A DNA stretch of 63,415 nucleotides, filler included, from Sphacelaria rigidula (GCA_964200075.2; 10 parts of 10 records of this genome joined end to end with filler, not necessarily neighbours in it), one strand, 5' to 3'. Counted from the whole stretch's first letter, positions 1 through 12,554 are shown. The notes: a model not told the origin generated them from the sequence alone. Program-made: numbers and translations.

Positions 1-73
1 TTGTTGCTTGCCTTAGTCGTTTGACCATTGACCACGCATCCCTTTCGAGACGGAGCACAGAGGGGGGGGGGGG

Positions 74-200
74 CGTACTCATTTGTTGCTTGCCTTAGTC
101 GTTTGATCATTGACCCCACATCGCTTTCAAGACGAAGCACCTTTCCTACTCCTAATAGAGACGCCTCCAACATTTCGGTGCTCATTACGTTTTTTCCATA
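74..200 (-). repeat. C-tract-anchored short repeat, module A (~130-140 bp); a second partial copy lies at 1-58
   Basis: G12 tract then CGTACTCATTTGTTGCTTGCCTTAGTC..TTGACC..GCATCCCTTTCGAGACGGAGCACC. Homologous copies at 6380-6477, 12757-12820, 24918-25040, 28848-28862 and 38128-38260. Confidence 0.9.
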
Positions 201-2650
201 CATCGCACAAAAATCTTCTACATATCTTATCCCCGTCCTGTTTCGCCGCCTGTGGCCACCATCCATCTCCTAGTACAGTGATTGTTTCTCCCTACTGTCC
301 AATGTACCAAACGATTTCGTACCACGTTCGTTCACGTCTCGCATTTCCCCCTCTAGCACGTCCTGTTCCTCCTTGTATAGTTCACATTCGCGACTAAATG
401 AGTTCTATCCTCTAATGCTTTGCCACGGGGGAAATTCTGTGCATCTACTTCCTCTCTCGACTAGTAGTGAGTATCTTTCTTCTTTCTGGCAAGTCCAGGT
501 CCCCCATCCGAAATCACAGTTTTCATTCTTTCGCCGCGTCCATTTGGCCGTGCAGATATGTTTTCATCCCTATCCCCTCTCTCAACCTCCCGTAACTCAA
601 GTGTTCTAGGGAGGGGGCATGATCACTCTGTTGTATTCCCATTTTTCGTGCAAATTTGCCAATTGGAACACCTCCGAGACTCCGAACAAATTGCGAAAAA
701 ACACGCATACAACGATTTGGCGGGTTCGCGTTGTTTGCACAGAACTCAATGACGGCAACGAGGCAACTTAAGGCTGTCGTGGTGGTAGGCAGGGAAAAGT
801 GTTCCAGGCGCGGGCGCTTCGCCGGCATCGCGGGTCGCGCAAGTTGGGAAAATGACGATCTGATATTTGAGACAAGAACAAACACCATCCGGTTCCCGCC
901 GAACCCTACATGAGCAGACTTGCCAGGTCCCCTGCAAGGATTGGTTATCCGGGTTCAGAATTGTGTTTAACTCACGGGGGCACTGTGCAAAAGTAGCTGT
1001 CGCTTGCCTGTGCACAGGTCATTGTCTTCTACGCCGTATCTGGTTCCCACAATTCAGACCTAAAATAACGTGTGAAACAGCTGCCACATTCGGCCCTACA
1101 GACCACTCCTTCTGGGAGAGGAAATATTAATATCTGAAAAGTGCCTATTCCCAGCCATTCTTCTACGTTTCACGTGTAGAAGATGACCAGAGAGAAGATG
1201 CCACCTGAAAAGGAGCAGCTCCAATGTTCAACGGGGCTTCAGCTACACATGTATAGCGATTTTTCGTACAGGCAGTCAACAGTTCGGATCAAAACACTTT
1301 GCGTGCAAACCTTCAAGCACTGCTGCAAAATTTTGGGCAATCCAGCAGAGCTGTCTTGGTCAATAGTTTTGCCAGCAGCATGATATGATCGACGAAGGAA
1401 GAGTTCGTATCTATTTTCGGGCAGTGCAATCTCGATGCGCCGTCTTTTTTCACGAGTAAACCGACTTTTGCATAGCCCTGGGTGATTCTTTTATGGGGGA
1501 TGATGTCTGAGTTGTCCATCACGGCGTAAGTGCGAAACGTTGTTTTTTCGAAACCTCAATGGATCTCGTCAACCCTGAGGCCGTCTCTTAACGGGGCTCG
1601 AAAAGCTATTTGACGATACGTGAAACATTCGGCGATTAACGCCGTGTGATCGGTATGTCCAAGTAAGCTGTCAATTATGGGGTGTCAACGAACAAATGAA
1701 TTTCTTTCAAATGATGTTTTCAAGCTTCATTAAGACAGGTTGCAAAGGTAGAGATGCAACATGTGTGGCGAGATTTGACACGCTGTCGCTCAGCCATTGC
1801 AGAAATCTCAACGTACTTCAAGTCAGTTTGGCAGGCTCGGGCCTTTTCGAGTTTTGGCCCTCTGTACATGATGGCGCGTCACTGCAACGCATTGGCATAG
1901 CCTCCCCGCGGGCTATGCGCGAGATTTCAGAGCCAGAATATCCAACCATGCTAGCTGAATGGATACCGTTGATCTACGGATCTCACACTGCTGTGTGGAG
2001 GTGTGGAAGTAGTGCGGCATATATTCTCATCGATATAAGACACTTGAACTAGGGCTGCGAAATAAAATGCACAGGCATGGCGTATGCGTGTCTAATGTGC
2101 CACATAACAATCATGAATGGACAAAGAAACTCAAACAAGTGCGGGGGGAAAAGGCAGGTCATCCCCAAAGAGCTCTTATCAAAATTTGTGCGTAGAGATG
2201 GGCGGTTTGCTAAATTGTTGTTAGATTCGCAACCGGCCATTTTTTGCTGGAAAATCCGCCACCACACTTGCACGACTCTTTGAATTGCCCACTCACGGAT
2301 GTACATGCATGAATGACGGGGCATCTCAAAGTAGTGTACTTCGTCTGTTTTTCTTTGTCGCCTTGTTTTTCAAGAGCAAAAAAACACACTCCCCTGCCTG
2401 AATGACATTCAACTTTGCAGAACTTTTGTATCCATGTTGCGAAGTATATATTCCCACTACGTTTATCCGTTCACGACGTGTAGTTATGGGGGCGTGTCCC
2501 CACGATTGCAGTCTATTCAGCAAATTTGAATGTTTGCATACCGGAAAAAAAATCGAGCAAACTGCTCATCTCGGTGTACAAACTTTGCCAGCATTTCTTC
2601 GCCGTCTTATACTACAGTACACCAGTTCTCCAAGGATGGAATATGACAAC
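200..2650 (-). mobile_element. Heavily decayed Ty3/gypsy pol remnant (RT and downstream domains)
   Basis: Minus-strand fragments 'PHKRITQG...SFVDHIMLLAK' (PQG and YxDD-like RT motifs, 1313-1522) and 'SNIRSSFSQLARP..RLE' (post-RT connection-like). Many stops and frameshifts; boundaries approximate. Confidence 0.5.
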
Positions 2651-5593
2651 CGGAAACTGACGCGAAGTAGTTGAAAAGTTGGCGTAAGATCGTCAGTATA
2701 CGCGAGTTGGTCGTCAAAATCCATGCTTGAACGACCATATGGTTTTAGAGGGGACTACCATAATATTTGGATCTTTTGGGGGGCTAACAGTCTCAGGTGC
2801 TCCGTAGCGCGCGCCGGGCGCGTTTTTGCTCGAATGGATGTGTACGGTGCCAAGTCGAGTTCTGCCACCCCATACTTTGATTACGGCACCCTCTGTACTC
2901 CCCTTGCCCGAGGGTTCTCGGTGTGCCTTGGGTTGGGGTTTTTAACGAAAATCAAACATGCGTAAACCGTGGATTCTGGGCGGTCAACTGGCGTAAACGT
3001 ACCCCCGCAAGATCTGGGGCGCGCCTTACTTTCTTTTGGTCGGCGAAAATGTGCGGCGAAATTGGAATTCGAACTGATAGGTCCACGTCAGTCCTGCCCC
3101 CTAATTACTTCAGATCATTTTCCTCGTTTCTGCGCGTTCTACCGAAAAAGGTCCGGTGAAAAAAATCCCCGCTTTTTCGAGCGAGAATACGGCGAAAAGA
3201 AGTGTGATACCAATCAGACGAAAGTTCAACGGTTGTGATTTGCCACAGTTGGAAACGTGTGCTCGAGATTTCGACGCATGCTCCATCACCTACAGACACT
3301 CACGCTGGACGCCCGGCACCTTCAGAGGTAGCCGCCGTCTTCCGCAGTACAAGGCGCTTGTTTTCAGTGGTGTTGGTAGGATGTGGGCAAGCAACGGCCA
3401 CCTGCGTTAACATTGACACGATCCACTTCAAGAACGTCGTTTTGGAGTGAGGCATCTGTCGAAAAACAGACAGCGCTTACTTGGGTTCGTGACCGATTGA
3501 CGCAAAACCAAGTGCATCACCAGCAGGCACCAGTAGGTTGATTGACGACTACGGTCTGGGCTGTCGGGCGCTGTATCGGGCGCAGTGTATCTCGTGTTCA
3601 CAGTGTCAACAAATTTGAGGTGGGGAGTGTAATTTCCCGTTGATTGCCAAAGTGAACTACATTTTTTCACCGTGCACCTGCGAATTCACTCGAACCTACA
3701 TCGCGCAGAAAGAGAAAAAATAACACTGAATCAATTCCGCCCCTGTTTCTCGATTGGTCCAAATTTCCTGGACGAGACACGCTCTGAGGCCGACACTCGC
3801 GGCAAGTGATCTGGAAGTCAAATGTTGCGGCTCACCCGATCACCTGAACTTGAAATCGCCATTTTCAACGTTACGGAAGAGTGATCCGCTCGAACCGTAA
3901 CGTCCGGGATTATTCCTTCTTTCTGTTGTCGGAAATTCAGGTGATCTCAGCCTGAAACTATCCCCAAAATTCGGACCCCCCTGAAGCAGGGCAATGGTCT
4001 TCGAAGAACCCCTGTGGCTATATTAGTGGTACAGCCTCGACTCCTGTGCCGGCATCGCGGTGTCATTTTGGTGCACAACTCAGTGCATCGTACGGCGAGA
4101 AGGGGACGCAGCCCGCGCAATTCGGCTATTACCGACGTCGTGGCCGTTCAGTCTAGTTTCGCTCACAAAGGCATCGTGGTTGCTGAGTTATGGACAAAAA
4201 CTCGTCTCATGTTTCCGACCGTGATTGCCAGCACCAGGCGACTTTATTTACTCATTGTTCCTACGAGCTGGGCCAGCAGTAAATCGTGCATTCGTTTTCC
4301 ACACCACAACTTCTCAAGTTTTCCAAACCAGCGCGACTTAAGCATATCGCTATGAAGAGCAGACCAACCTGGTAACACACGGCACCGCCGCTGAATGAAG
4401 AAAACAATGTACTGAATATTATATGACCTTGACGAAAGACGAAAAAAAAAATCATCTATCGGGATTCGAAGTCATAACCTCCATAATTGGAGTCTCCTGT
4501 ATCACTTGTAAGGGGCGCGGCCGTGTCACACGAAAAGTGCGATGCCGCGCCCATTTTGAGGTATTTTTTATTTTTGGTCGAAACTTCACCAGAATGTCCT
4601 GGACGCGAGTGCCCGTATGTGTTGGAGCGTTGTCGTCATTTTTCTCAATCTTGAAGGAAGTAATAGCATTTTCCTATTTTTGCTGAAACTTCAACTCGCT
4701 CTAACTTCCTGTTTCTTTTTTTTTCCCCTCTGCACCCCCAATAGGGTTGCGCGGGTTGATGATGAAAATGTCGGGTCAAAATTTCAGCGCCTGACTCTTC
4801 GAATACCAATGGCATCTCCACTCTTCGCTCAGAAATCACTGTCAGCTGGCACAGCTCGCATCGTTTCTGAGTTTGGCATCGACGTGTAGGTAGGACGAAG
4901 GCTGTTCCAACCGTACTGACTTTGGCCTGAGCGTACTTGCTGTGCTTTTGAACAGGAACTAGTCGCGCACATCATACACAAGGGCGTACTAATAGTTTCT
5001 GGTGCAACCGTCTCGATATACCGGTGCTTCGACACGGCCTTCCATTCCACTATGCCATCTTCAACATCCCACAAGATCGCTCTAGGTAATCTAAGAAATA
5101 CCGATTTCACCCTTGTCACCAGGGTATCCATTTGTATTTGCAACCTTTTCGGATCCAGTTAAGAGTCGGCCTGCTGGGTCGGCTCGAAGAAATTGGTCGC
5201 AAGCTGGGCCGCACCCCGCAGCTTCGTTGGCCACAGTCTCGCCTATAGGGTTGACAATCAACAATTAATCGCGTGTTGATTCGATTGATGATCGGTTGAT
5301 CAAAATCGAGTTGGTTCAATCGTGAGTGTTTGATGATATTATAACCAACAAGGGTTGATTACTTGATCAAATCAAATAAACCGTGATTTGCTGTTTTTCT
5401 CGACATCGTTTATAGCAGATTCCAGCGCCAGCTGCCCCCAATGAGCTTCACATTTCAAGAACTCATCCACGTTCTATAATAACATGCGCCCGCCCATAAT
5501 CGTAGCATATATTTTGGGCCTGACAGCCGTATGCACAAGTGCCAGGTATCAAGAATCAAGTCAACACGCGATTAATTTAATTATATCAAGTTT

Positions 5594-5986
5594 GCCGGTC
5601 GCCCCGGTGGCTCAGTTGGTAACCTCGAAACCTTCTGTTCGTTGGGTCGTGGGTTCAAATCTCGGAGCGATCTGGGATTTTTTCCCACATCTGGGATTTT
5701 TTCCCACACCATGCCCAACAGTGAAGAGCGACTATGTCGTTGGTACACAAAATTCGACTCAATAGTCCACGAGGGCGGGGGATTGCCGAACCCCTTTCGC
5801 GATAAAAAATAAAGGCAAGCACCGCAGAAGGAAGGTGGAGTACTAAAAGCAAACAAAAAAGAAAAACTCCTGTGTTGACCCTCCTCCTGTGTGACCCCGG
5901 CTGGCCGGCTGGTGCGCCCACATGTACCGAAAGGTGCAAACTGGCGCCCAGAATAAATGGGACGACAACACACACAACACACACAA
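5594..5986 (+). mobile_element. tRNA-derived SINE, family 1, full length
   Basis: Pol III A box TGGCTCAGTTGG (5608-5619), B box GGTTCAAATCT (5652-5662), ~300-bp body and (CA)n tail. CAAGT on both flanks. Three more copies in the window. Confidence 0.88.
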
Positions 5987-6252
5987 GTAATGAACCCTAA
6001 TTGAATTAATCCCAAATCAACGGGGAGATGGTGTGATCATCACAAGTAAATCATACTTCGAAGTATCAAATAATCACAATAATGAGCATATGATTGATTG
6101 CTGATTACCATCCCTAATTGTCTGTGTCGGGCAGCATGGTCACCGTTCATTGCTGCTGCGATTCGAACCCCCCCCCCCACCGAGACACCCATGAGGCAGT
6201 GGATAAACCGTGGCTGTCTCTGGAAGTGGCGATACCAGAAAATAAAGCAACT

Positions 6253-6352
6253 NNNNNNNNNNNNNNNNNNNNNNNNNNNNNNNNNNNNNNNNNNNNTTAA
6301 TTAATTAANNNNNNNNNNNNNNNNNNNNNNNNNNNNNNNNNNNNNNNNNNNN
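6253..6352. other. Artificial contig linker N44-TTAATTAATTAA-N44 (first of nine; others at 12605-12704, 18957-19056, 25309-25408, 31661-31760, 38012-38111, 44363-44462, 50714-50813, 57065-57164)
   Basis: Identical 100-bp spacer with stops in all six frames, recurring every ~6.35 kb. Segments between are 6252 bp (first five) or 6251 bp (last five), i.e. length-sorted scaffolds. Confidence 0.99.
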
Positions 6353-6693
6353 GCGGCGGGCGTGGGGGGCGGGGGGTCGCGTACTCATGTGTTGCTTGCT
6401 CTAGTCATTTGACCATTGACCACGCATCCCTTTCGAGACGGAGCACCATTTCTACTCCTACTGGAGACAACTCCAACGGGGCGTACAAGAGGAGTAGGGG
6501 GGAAGGTTAACCATGTCACCACCAAGTGACGCTTTCAAGACTTTTGAATGCTCTACTGCATAAGACGCTGTGTGCTAAAAAACGAGTGAAAAAAAAAGGA
6601 CCACCAACAACAACACACGCGGTGGTGTCAACGGCGCGTACGTGGAACAAGGGGATGAGCTGACTCGCGATGCACTCAGCAAAGACTACTTAC

Positions 6694-7010
6694 TTTCGAG
6701 CTTCTCTTCGTCGAGCAAGCTCTTCCTTCCGTCGCGCCGCATCGCCGCCGCCAAGCCCGCCCCCAGTACCCGCCGCCGCCGCCGCCGTCTTTCCCCGCTT
6801 TGCTGCCCCTCCTCCCAACTTGAGCGAAGCAACGCGAACGGGGATCGCTGCAGAGGACGAATCATCATCTCCCAACCCATCATCCAATCCGTCCCAATCC
6901 CATCCGCTGTTTGCTGCCGACGAGGACGCTTCGGCACCCGCGGCGGCGACTGCCAGTGGGTTATTTGCTCCGTCGTCTGGGCCCGTGCTGGATAGCGTTT
7001 CTCGGGCATC
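6694..7010 (-). CDS. Exon 3 of probable SCY1-like (SCYL1-type) protein C-terminal region
   Basis: Pyrimidine tract plus AG acceptor (alternative in-frame acceptor at 7094) and GTAAGT donor at 6688-6693. Encodes DARETLSS...SGWDWDGLDDGLGDDD...ARRKEELARRREARK, in frame (phase 0) with the upstream exon. Confidence 0.6.
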
Positions 7011-7460
7011 CTGCTCATTGTCGAGGGAAGGAGGGGTGCAGGGAGGACGGGGGACCGGGGTGCAGGGGGTCGTGTTTCCGTGTTCTTGGTTCGACTGACA
7101 CAGTGAAACGGGCGTGTTCGTTGCTCTTGCGGTTAAGTTTCAAGCAATTACTAAGCTGCAGCTGTACTTGCTATTTTTGCGAGCGAAAAGGCATAAAAAC
7201 ATGAGTTATGACAGAACGCGGAACATCCCATGCTTTGCGATCATCGAGAGCAAATGCCACCGTAAATAGCAGCGACAGTAGCAACAGCAGCAGCGACACC
7301 ACCAATCTGCAAAAACGTCAACACAGCAAAACACACACACCAATACAGATGCAAACGCCAACAACAACAACAACAGGCATACATAAATGGACCACCAAAC
7401 ACCCCACACAAGCACCCAACACGAACACCAAACCTCAAAACCTGGTGAAACAATTCGCAC

Positions 7461-7719
7461 CTGCCACATCTCATCCCCACCAAGATCAGACCCGCCACCC
7501 CCGCCAACCGGTAACCCAGCCGCCACAGCAGCCGCCACAGAACCCGGAATGCTCGCCGACACATTCGCACCCCCGACGCCATTGTACATAGCTTGGGGTG
7601 TGTTGAGCCCTGACAACGATTGTGGCGGGGAGGCAGTCGTGCCGCCCACGGCCCCCACGGGACCAGAGCTTGGAAGGGCGGAGCTTGTGAGCGTTTCTGT
7701 GAGCTTGCCCAGTGCCCAG
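7461..7719 (-). CDS. Exon 2 of probable SCY1-like protein
   Basis: CATCAG acceptor and CAG|GTGCGA donor. Encodes (S)WALGKLTETLTSS...GGDEMWQ; phase matches both neighbours. Confidence 0.65.
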
Positions 7720-8077
7720 CTGATGGCGACGATGTGGATGTTGAGGAGGGTGGGGGGAAAATTCGACTGGTGGGTTACTGCGGGTAATTAGTTAGGGCTC
7801 GGTGAAATACGTGCTCGAATTGTTTTTATACTAGCGGGGTGTCAGTGTAGTTAGTGCCAAGTCGCCTTACCATTTCGGCTCTCAAGCGACTGTTGTGCCA
7901 GCCAGTTACTGTCGTTCCTTGCATGGCGCGTTCACGCACGTAAGAGACGAGAGCGAAAAGTTCTCCCGGACGAGAAAAAAAAAAGTATCCGTGACAATTA
8001 ACGATGGTGTGTTGGGTTGGCCTGCTGGTTGCTCGCGGCGTTTCATCAAAAAGCCCGACAAAAAAAACATCATCCTA

Positions 8078-9607
8078 CAGGCTGGTTCACGCTCATCACC
8101 CGAAATTGTGTCATCAGCAAATGCCTTTCGCAATACCTGCCCAATAGTCGCATACATGATATCATACTGACCACCATGGACAGCTGAAGAGCGTGACATA
8201 GCTGGATCTGTGTGTAAGGACATAGTGGTAGCGCTAAGAGCGAAAAGGTATATTGACCAATCAGCGCCCGTCAAAATATTTCGAGATCGAAATTACGAAT
8301 TTCAAGCCCAATTTTGACCCATTCCAGTCATGCTTCAAATCGTTGTAACCGTCATCGGCTCGGGAATCTAACGAAAAATATATTCTTCAAATGTTTACTA
8401 CGGGGGTCGAATTATACCCGAAATCGTAATGTTTCGGTGATGTCGGGTGTTGGCGTCGTCTAATTTCCACTGATGATGCGCACGAAAGACCCAGGAAGCC
8501 TCGTGAAGGTGTCCCCCATATCTCTTGTAGAAAAGCTCAGATCGCCCTCAAACTCGGCAATTCCGTAGGTATTTATTCTCCAAGTGGAAAAATTGTATTC
8601 TTGACAATATTTCATGGTTTCTTCATTCTCTACCGGCTTTCGGGGGTCCCAGCATGAAGACCCCCGAAAGGCGGTAGAGAATGCCCCCCCCAAAAAAATG
8701 ATAAAATGATGCGTCCCGGGATAGTCCAAGTAATACATGTACAAAGTTCGGTGGAGAAACTCGGAAACCTCATACAGTTTTTCCTGCCTTGGCGTAAAGT
8801 TCACCTCGAAAGACGTTCCCATAATAAAACCAAGTAGTTAGGAGTTGCACGCTTTAAGCCCACCTCCACAACCGCGCAAACCTTCACGCCGTTATTAGGA
8901 GTGTTATCAGGAGTCAGATTCTGAAACTTTGCACCAAAATGCTATGTATCATCACGCAACCTTCTGTAAAGGATGTTTTTTTACTTGATGAGTTTTCCAC
9001 CGTTTTTCGGGGGTCCGACGGGATCAAAGTCGTTTTTCGAAGTAGTCTCCACTCTAGGACCCCGGAAAACCGGCACTACGACATTTTTATATAATTTTTT
9101 CGTGGACGAGCTGTCGATGCATTACCCAAGGAAGGGCCCCATGAACTTTCGTCGCAAAACTTCATCAACTGATACTTGAATTCTCATGTTCACATCAGAG
9201 GAGGTCCAAAAATGCCGTTTTGGTACTAAAATCAAGTAGCTTGCGGTTTCACCGCGGCACGTCAAAGTTCATCGCACAAAAGCGAAAAACCTCACGCCGT
9301 TTCAAGGAGTTAGACCCTGAAATTTTGCACAACTGTGCTATGGGTCATCACGTAACTTTGGATGAACGAGGTTTTTCATTTTCATTTTTTTACCGTTTTA
9401 CGGGGGTCCGATTGGATCGACGTTTCCCGCAAAAACTGGGAATTCCGAAAAACGGTGAAAAAAGTCAAAAAGTCGAAAAACCTCGACCTTGGAAAGTTGC
9501 GTAATGCCCCATAGAACATCTGTGCAAAATTTCAGGGTCTAACTCCTCAAAACGGCGTGAGGTTTCGCCGATGAGTGTTTTTTGGGCGATAAGCCTGAAC
9601 CAGCCTG
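8078..9607. mobile_element. Non-autonomous Tc1/mariner-like element (~1.53 kb), intronic
   Basis: TA|CAGGCTGGTTCACGCT ... AGCCTGAACCAGCCTG|TA: terminal inverted repeats with TA duplication, no transposase ORF. Internal ~280-bp inverted repeat at 9290-9565. Homologous copy at 52318-53457. Confidence 0.85.
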
Positions 9608-9703
9608 TATGACGAATACCTTTTTCACTACTGATTCTGATTTTCGTTCCTTTTTTACTCACCCCATTGTATGCGTCGTACTCCGATGTGCGTGTGTACT
9701 CAA

Positions 9704-9820
9704 CCCTTGGGGAACCCATTGACGATTTTTGTTTTTGTGAATCCACATCATTTTGTCTTGGAAATGACTGAAAATGATGCCGATTCACAAAACAAAAGTC
9801 GTCAAAAGGTTCCAAAAGGG
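9704..9820. mobile_element. piggyBac-like miniature foldback element (117 bp)
   Basis: TCAA|CCCTTGGGGAACC ... GGTTCCAAAAGGG|TTAA. The whole element is a near-palindrome with CCC/GGG termini and a TTAA-like target. Confidence 0.7.
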
Positions 9821-10634
9821 TTAAACAACGGTCGTACTTCGACATGCACAACGTGCATGAACATACAGCTCCTAGGACCGAAGCTCATAAGAGTAGCGCA
9901 GCGCGTGCACTATGCCAAGTTGACAGGGGGTTTTAGTTAGGACATCTAACCCTTTTTGTACTGGCAATGGAAAAGTGCTGATTTCGAGGTGGTGAATTTT
10001 AAACAACATATTGTCGATTGTTTGCAGTTACTACGGACCACTATTTTGCCCAAAGCGTGTTTTCCAGATCCGCGACTGCTTCCAACTGGTGGTAGATCGT
10101 GTAAATATTGTATCGCACCTCAATCCCTCCACGTGTGGTGAGGATATTTCTGGGTGCTCGGCCATACTACTCTGTTTCTGTGATGTGGCTTAGCACGCTT
10201 GCCCAGTGTTAGGCGGGTACGACCTCCGGACTGCAGCACAACAATATTCCGGTGGGGTGCGTCACCGCTGTTAAAGTGTGCCGCAGTGTCACATGGGACT
10301 GCCAATATAGAAGATATACAGGTGGTGCTGATTTTGTCGTATGAAATTCAGAGGCCGCGGTGCTATTTTTTCCTGTGCCCAAACTTGAACATACTTGACC
10401 CGTTGCGTCCCCTCATTCGATAAAACTAATCCGACCGCACCGCGGCGACATCTTTGGTGCGAGCATGACATATGTTGGTGAATTCTTCCGTGGCTTTCCG
10501 CGCCAGAATGCTTGTTGTCGGTACTTTCTTTTCCCATATTTTCTTCTTTGTCACCGCTTGAGATAAGGAGGCGTCTGGACCGGGTACGGGAGGGGAGGGT
10601 TGAAAAAGGGTTCATGTTACACGTCACAAGTTAA

Positions 10635-10692
10635 GCCAGGCCTGTACCACGGTAGGGGACCACGTGGTCCCCCACCGTAGCACTGGCCTGGC
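10635..10692. repeat. 58-bp hairpin (micro-MITE-like) inside a 15-bp inverted repeat
   Basis: GCCAGGCC..ACGGTAGGGGACCAC|GTGGTCCCCCACCGT..GGCCTGGC. Outer GTTACACGTCACAAG / CTTGTGACGTGTAAC pair at ~10616 and ~10749. Confidence 0.7.
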
Positions 10693-11012
10693 CGAACGCT
10701 TAATTTGATCTGACTTGACTTTAAACAGGGCTCCCGCGTGTAACTAATCTTGTGACGTGTAACGAATTTTGTGACATGTTACGTCGAGTGCCCTGGTTTC
10801 AGTGGGTCCAACCCCCACACTGCCTCAAGAAAATCTTGCGAACACTCGAGGGGCCTACCCCACATGACCGCCGCGAGGCAGCCTAGCCGAGCCTGCAGGT
10901 AAACGGCACACGAATCCGCTTGTGGGGCGAAGTGTTGTGTTGGGTCAGATTTCCTCCTTTCTTCGAGGAATAAAAAAAACGTTTTGCATCCTGTAACAAC
11001 TACACGTCATAC

Positions 11013-11194
11013 CTTCCCCACTCTGAGCCAGTACTGCCTCTCTTCTGGGATGCGGCACTTCCGGCCCCACCGCTTCCATTGCCTCCTCCGTACCCCGCCG
11101 ATGAGCTACTCGCATTGCCGCCGCTAACGTTTCCCGACTTTGGTGAAGCGCTCGTTGCGCCGTGTGTTGCAAGCTCGGCCGCGCGCTGTGCCGC
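11013..11194 (-). CDS. Exon 1 (in window) of probable SCY1-like protein
   Basis: CCCAG acceptor and AG|GTATGA donor. Encodes AAQRAAEL...GSTGSEWG(S). Splicing to 7719 yields EWGSWALGKLT, resembling the W-x-x-W-A motif after the HEAT repeats of SCYL1-family proteins. Confidence 0.6.
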
Positions 11195-11802
11195 CTGGGT
11201 GGAAACAGGACGTAGCGCTCGAGTTCAATATTGAGTCGTGCCACGACAGGAGCGGACAAATTTTCTCTGGGCCAGGGTACTGGAGTTAGATTAGTCTCTC
11301 GAGCACTCGCTCTCCAGTAGTACAGTTAGGATGAAGTTGCGTCTGAACACTAGGCGATGCTCTCGCAGGCAAAGATGACGGGTTGGTTTCTCGTCACACC
11401 GTTAAAGTACCACACACAAAATTTGGGCCAAAAGAAAGTGCACCCCCACCGTTGCACGACCCTACTGACACTCCCCCGAAACACAGATGACGTCATAATT
11501 CGGTCGTGAGAGTACATGCACACCGGTGAGTGTACATGTGTGTGCATCGACATTTTCCAACGTCAAGATACTTCTCATCATGGTATATCTTCACGTTGTG
11601 GTACCTACGTTTTCAAAGTCATGTTTCGTCGTAGAACTTCGGGCGGAGGCAGGAACTTCCTCACCAGTTTTGCACGTTTTCTTGCGCATGGTGTTGACAT
11701 GGTCTCCCCTTGCCCCCTCTTTCCATGTCAAAAGTAGCGAAGCGAAGCAGGGCTCAAATGACGGTCTCGTGAGGGTTTTGGAAGGAACAGTTCGTGCGAA
11801 CC

Positions 11803-11842
<40 letters not shown>

Positions 11843-12146
11843 CGCGCGCGCAAAAAGTCAGAAAGTCATGTACTGAACCATTTCTGCGTATTTTAGTGTG
11901 AAAAAATACGCACGCTTTAATTAAAGATCATCTTACAGCATGGGTGGCAGCTGCCTTCCACACCCGCCCACAATGAGCATGCGACAGTTGTGGCACGCTT
12001 CAAAATTATCTCAAGTCGGCGTGTCCACACCATCAAACGCGTGTGCGCATGCGCATGGTGGGCGGGACCGTAGGCCTCGGCTGTTGTCGGCAAGTCGCAA
12101 ATTAACTCTCACACCGTATATGACGCAGTGCAACATTCGTACGCTG

Positions 12147-12185
<39 letters not shown>

Positions 12186-12519
12186 ACACCCCCACCCCCC
12201 CCTCCCCCCCCCCCCACCCGCCCCACCGCCCACACACTTTACGTTATGTCGATCNNNNNNNNNNTTTTGTGGGAAAAGCCCAAAATTACCCCCCCCCCCG
12301 TATATACCCCGGGCCACCTTCCTCCCCCCCCCCCCCCCCCCCCCCCCCCCGTAAATTACCCCCCTCCCACCCCCCGCCCCTATGCGATAAATATCCAACC
12401 TGTTTTGGATCATGTCGGTATCGACAGTATTGTTCCGGACATTATATCATTGAATTATACCACCCCTAACTAATATCTCTGGGGGACGACTGTGATCTGA
12501 AGGTGATGAATAACTAAAT

Positions 12520-12554
<35 letters not shown>

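Noticed and set aside
5601..5670. Apparent tRNA gene
   Set aside because: A and B boxes are present, but there is no coherent cloverleaf, and it is always attached to the same body and (CA)n tail, so it is a SINE head.
6297..6308. Regularly spaced TTAATTAATTAA motif resembling a biological periodic repeat
   Set aside because: Artificial six-frame-stop linker embedded in N runs. It also means gene neighbourhoods across scaffolds are meaningless.
8470..8490. Hammerhead-like CTGATGA-TGCGCAC-GAAA
   Set aside because: No credible stems I and III, and the core is not conserved in the second copy of the element (CTGATCA...CAGAGA at ~52710).
9950..10610. Larger piggyBac-like element (CTAA|CCCTTTTT...AAAAAGGG|TTCA)
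   Set aside because: Only an 8-bp low-complexity inverted match with imperfect flanks; could be chance.
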